Source of the DNA: an archaeon
Lineage (GTDB): Archaea > Hydrothermarchaeota > Hydrothermarchaeia > JALTZZ01
Reading direction: 5' to 3'
Assembly (NCBI GenBank): GCA_027051165.1
Contig: JALTZZ010000048.1
Coordinates: forward strand, 1 to 62,927
DNA length: 62,927 nucleotides
Shown: piece after piece, positions 60,030 to 62,927 of the stretch
Numbering within the stretch: the first letter of the stretch is position 1
How the letters are laid out: each line of letters begins with the position of its first letter
The notes under the pieces: generated by a model
The model's input: only the letters and a program-made list of their open reading frames with translations
Databases searched by the model: none
What the model was told of the DNA's origin: nothing
Program-made: the position numbers and the translations under genes

Positions 60030-61862
60030 ATGAAGATAGATCTGGCTTCGGAAGAGAAGACGAGAGCACTACTTCTCGGAAACGAGGCTATTGCGAGAGG
60101 TGCAATGGAGGCTGGAATAAAGCTTGCAAGTGCGTATCCCGGAACGCCGTCCACAGAAATTATAGAGAGCATTATTCCTTATGCAAAGAGATTGAATATC
60201 CATGTTGAATGGAGCATTAATGAAAAGGTTGCCTTAGAGGTAGCTATAGGTGCAAGCTATGCTGGAGCTCGTGCAATAGTTGCGATGAAGCATGTTGGCT
60301 TAAATGTTGCGAGCGATGCACTTATGACTCTCACCTATACCGGTGTAGAAGGCGGCATTGTCATCGTGAGTGCAGACGATCCAAATGCCCATTCTTCGCA
60401 GAACGAACAGGATAACAGAATATTGGCAAGGTTCGCAAAAGCTGTATGCATAGAGCCTTACGATGTTCAGAGCTGCAAAGATTTTACGAAAAAGGCTTTT
60501 GAAGTGTCGGAAAAGTTTAAAATTCCAGTCGTTCTAAGAACTACGACAAGGGTTAGTCATGCAAAGGGAAGCGTTGAGTTTGGTAGTTTTGAGAAGGTTG
60601 GTAGGGAATATAAGTTCATAAAGGATGCAAAGAGATATGTAGTTGTTCCGAAGCATACAAGGGTTCTACATAAGAAGCTCAATGAAAAACTTAAAAAAAT
60701 TGAAGAATATGCAAATAGAAGTGAATTTAATGAGATGATAATTAACGGAAGGTTAGGAATAATTACAAGCGGAGTTTCAAGGACGTATGTCAGAGAAGCT
60801 ATAAAAGAGCTCGACAACGTATCAATCTTGGAGATAGGCTTTACAAATCCTCTACCGAGAAAGCTTATTGAGGAGTTCATTACCCAGGTTGACAAGGTGC
60901 TCGTTGTTGAGGAACTTGAACCCTACTTAGAGGAAGGCGTTAAAAAGATTGCACATGAAAGCGGAGTTTGGCTTGAAATACATGGAAAAGATATTCTTCC
61001 ACGTGAACTTGAATTTACTCCAGATATTGTCAAAAAAGCCGTATATAAATTTGTAAATAAGGAGTATAATAATATAGGTTTAAAATTTGAAGTAGATATA
61101 AGCATTCCAGAGAGACCTCCAGTTCTGTGCGCTGGCTGTCCGCACAGAGCTCTTTTCTACGCACTTAAAAAAATAACAAAGAAGAAAATCTACACTGGAG
61201 ATATAGGATGTTATACCCTTGGCTTAGCTTATAAAACCATAGATACATGCCTCTGTATGGGTGCAAGTGTTACAATAGCTCAAGGATTTTATCACGCAGG
61301 CGTTAAAGAAAAACCTGTTGCAATAATAGGAGATTCTACGTTTATACATGCCGGCATAACTGGGCTTATAAACGCAAGCTATAACAAAGCTAATATTGTT
61401 GTTATAATTCTTGACAACAGAACCGTAGCTATGACAGGTTTGCAACCAACGCCAGCAAGTGGCGTAAATGCTCTCGGTGAGAAAACAAAGGAGCTTAGCA
61501 TAGAGGAACTTGCGAAGGTATGCGGAGCAACTTTTGTTAAAACCGTTAGTCCATATAATTTAGAGGAGACGATAGAGGCTCTTAGAAAAGCTTTTGAACA
61601 TGATGGATTGGCAGTTGTTATATCAAAGGAGCCGTGTGCATTACTTGCAAGGAAAATGAAGCTTACAAAACCAGCTCCTAAGGTGCATAGAGAAAGGTGC
61701 AGAGGCTACCTGTGCCAAGCATGCAGTGCTTGTGTAAATCTTTTCAACTGCCCAGCAATAGTTCTCGAAAAGGGAAAGGTAAGAATTATTGAGGAACTCT
61801 GCACAGGCTGCGGGGTTTGTGCTCAAGTATGTCCAAACGATGTCTTTGAAGTAGTAGATTAA
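60030..61862 (+). CDS. iorA: Indolepyruvate:ferredoxin oxidoreductase alpha subunit
   Basis: LLGNEAIARG, YPGTPSTEI, MKHVGLNVA, RPPVLCAGCPHR, GDIGCYTL, GDSTF, C-terminal ferredoxin CTGCGVCAQVCP. Confidence 0.96.
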   Translation: MKIDLASEEKTRALLLGNEAIARGAMEAGIKLASAYPGTPSTEIIESIIPYAKRLNIHVEWSINEKVALEVAIGASYAGARAIVAMKHVGLNVASDALMTLTYTGVEGGIVIVSADDPNAHSSQNEQDNRILARFAKAVCIEPYDVQSCKDFTKKAFEVSEKFKIPVVLRTTTRVSHAKGSVEFGSFEKVGREYKFIKDAKRYVVVPKHTRVLHKKLNEKLKKIEEYANRSEFNEMIINGRLGIITSGVSRTYVREAIKELDNVSILEIGFTNPLPRKLIEEFITQVDKVLVVEELEPYLEEGVKKIAHESGVWLEIHGKDILPRELEFTPDIVKKAVYKFVNKEYNNIGLKFEVDISIPERPPVLCAGCPHRALFYALKKITKKKIYTGDIGCYTLGLAYKTIDTCLCMGASVTIAQGFYHAGVKEKPVAIIGDSTFIHAGITGLINASYNKANIVVIILDNRTVAMTGLQPTPASGVNALGEKTKELSIEELAKVCGATFVKTVSPYNLEETIEALRKAFEHDGLAVVISKEPCALLARKMKLTKPAPKVHRERCRGYLCQACSACVNLFNCPAIVLEKGKVRIIEELCTGCGVCAQVCPNDVFEVVD

Positions 61863-61882
61863 ATTGTTCTGTTGTAGGTTTT

Positions 61883-62914
61883 ATAACCCCCTTGCTGAGT
61901 CTTGACTCAGCAAGAGCTTGGAGCTTTTCCTTTTTATTAAATCCCATAGATATGCCTAATAAAAGGACGCTTAGAGCTGTGAACTTTGCAATAGAGCGAT
62001 TAGAATATCTGTGCAGATTTTTTAAGGAGTTTGAGAACCTTGAATAAATCTTCGACAACGCTTCTGACAGCTTTAAATTCTCCCAAGAGCACAAAAAGCT
62101 CTTGAAAGCTAAGAACATCCGATCGTAGAACTTTTTTACATCTTCATTTTTCTGGGCTTCAAAAGGGTACGATAATCTACCCGTAATCCTTTTAACGTTA
62201 AGATTTCTCTTAGGAAAGGCAAGACTTTATAGTGCATAATGCTCCTCCAGTAGTTTTTCTGAGCACAGAATCCCTTATCTATTTTACCACCTTTTCTCAA
62301 AACTCTTCTTCTCTTAAGGTCTTCAGTGATTTTAAGGAAGAGCTTTGGGTCGTTCGGCGAGTCTTCGTGCAAATAAATCCCGACAGGTTTTAGGGAAGGA
62401 TATTCCACGACTAAAGCTAATTTATATCCCCTATAGAACCCCTTGCCTAAAGCATGGCTCCATTTATATTTTTTGCTCTCTGAACAGATTTATATCGGTA
62501 GTATCGAGGAGATTTACCGAGCTCCTCTTAATAAACCTGTTTATAACTGATAAAAGCTTTATGAACTGATTCTCGTTGAATCTGCTGAGGAAGCTGTATA
62601 TTTCATCTGCAGATGGAATCTCTGCAGCTCTAATCTGAGCTCTCCATTCCTTTTAAGCTCCTCTATCTGTTATGCTTCTCTCAAAGGATATAGCTGGGTG
62701 TCCTAGATTAGGGATTAGAGGGCTTTTCATGCCTATCACCAGAGAAGGGGTTAATACCCCTTCTCCTATATAAATCTTTCTGCGTTTCGTCTGGAAAATT
62801 TTGCCTTGTTTCTAATGCAAACGTCCTTTTATAAGAATTAATAGTTTCTCTTGGAAAATTAGTTTTTATAGAAAAACTAACCTCCTTGCATCACTCATCT
62901 CACAAGGGGGTTAT
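61883..62914 (-). mobile_element. Decayed DDE insertion sequence (IS4/IS5-superfamily type) with terminal inverted repeats
   Basis: Inverted repeats ATAACCCCCTTGCTGAG (61883) and CTCACAAGGGGGTTAT (62899-62914); fragmented transposase from ATG 62730 (MKSPLIPN, IPSADEIYSFLSRF, LDTTDI, EYPSLKPVG..LHEDSPND, IDKG, LHRYSNRSI). Confidence 0.75.
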
Positions 62915-62927
62915 TAAATTATATTGT

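Overview
AT-rich archaeal chromosomal window, judged from archaeal-type ThrRS, SRP54, RFC-S, aIF2-alpha, Nop10, L34e/L44e/S27e and AdkA. The gene content fits an anaerobic, probably thermophilic euryarchaeote-like lineage; exact taxonomy cannot be fixed from sequence alone. The first 10.8 kb is one tightly coupled minus-strand defence operon: a Type I restriction-modification system (hsdM, hsdS, hsdR) with five genes nested inside it, namely a small membrane protein, an MNT-HEPN toxin-antitoxin pair, a membrane KAP-family NTPase and an OLD-type ABC-ATPase/TOPRIM nuclease that sits in the hsdS-hsdR slot where PrrC lies in EcoprrI. The rest is mostly housekeeping (translation, nucleotide, cofactor, amino-acid and iron-uptake genes) with decayed IS elements between. 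Non-coding signals missing from the ORF track are: an IS200/IS605 tnpB element and a related 311-bp ORF-less element that keeps both ends and the omega-RNA scaffold; a single-hairpin H/ACA guide RNA; tandem DtxR operators upstream of feoB; three palindromes around a putative small RNA upstream of the defence operon; and a probable ATT-initiated gene. No rRNA, tRNA or CRISPR array was recognised.
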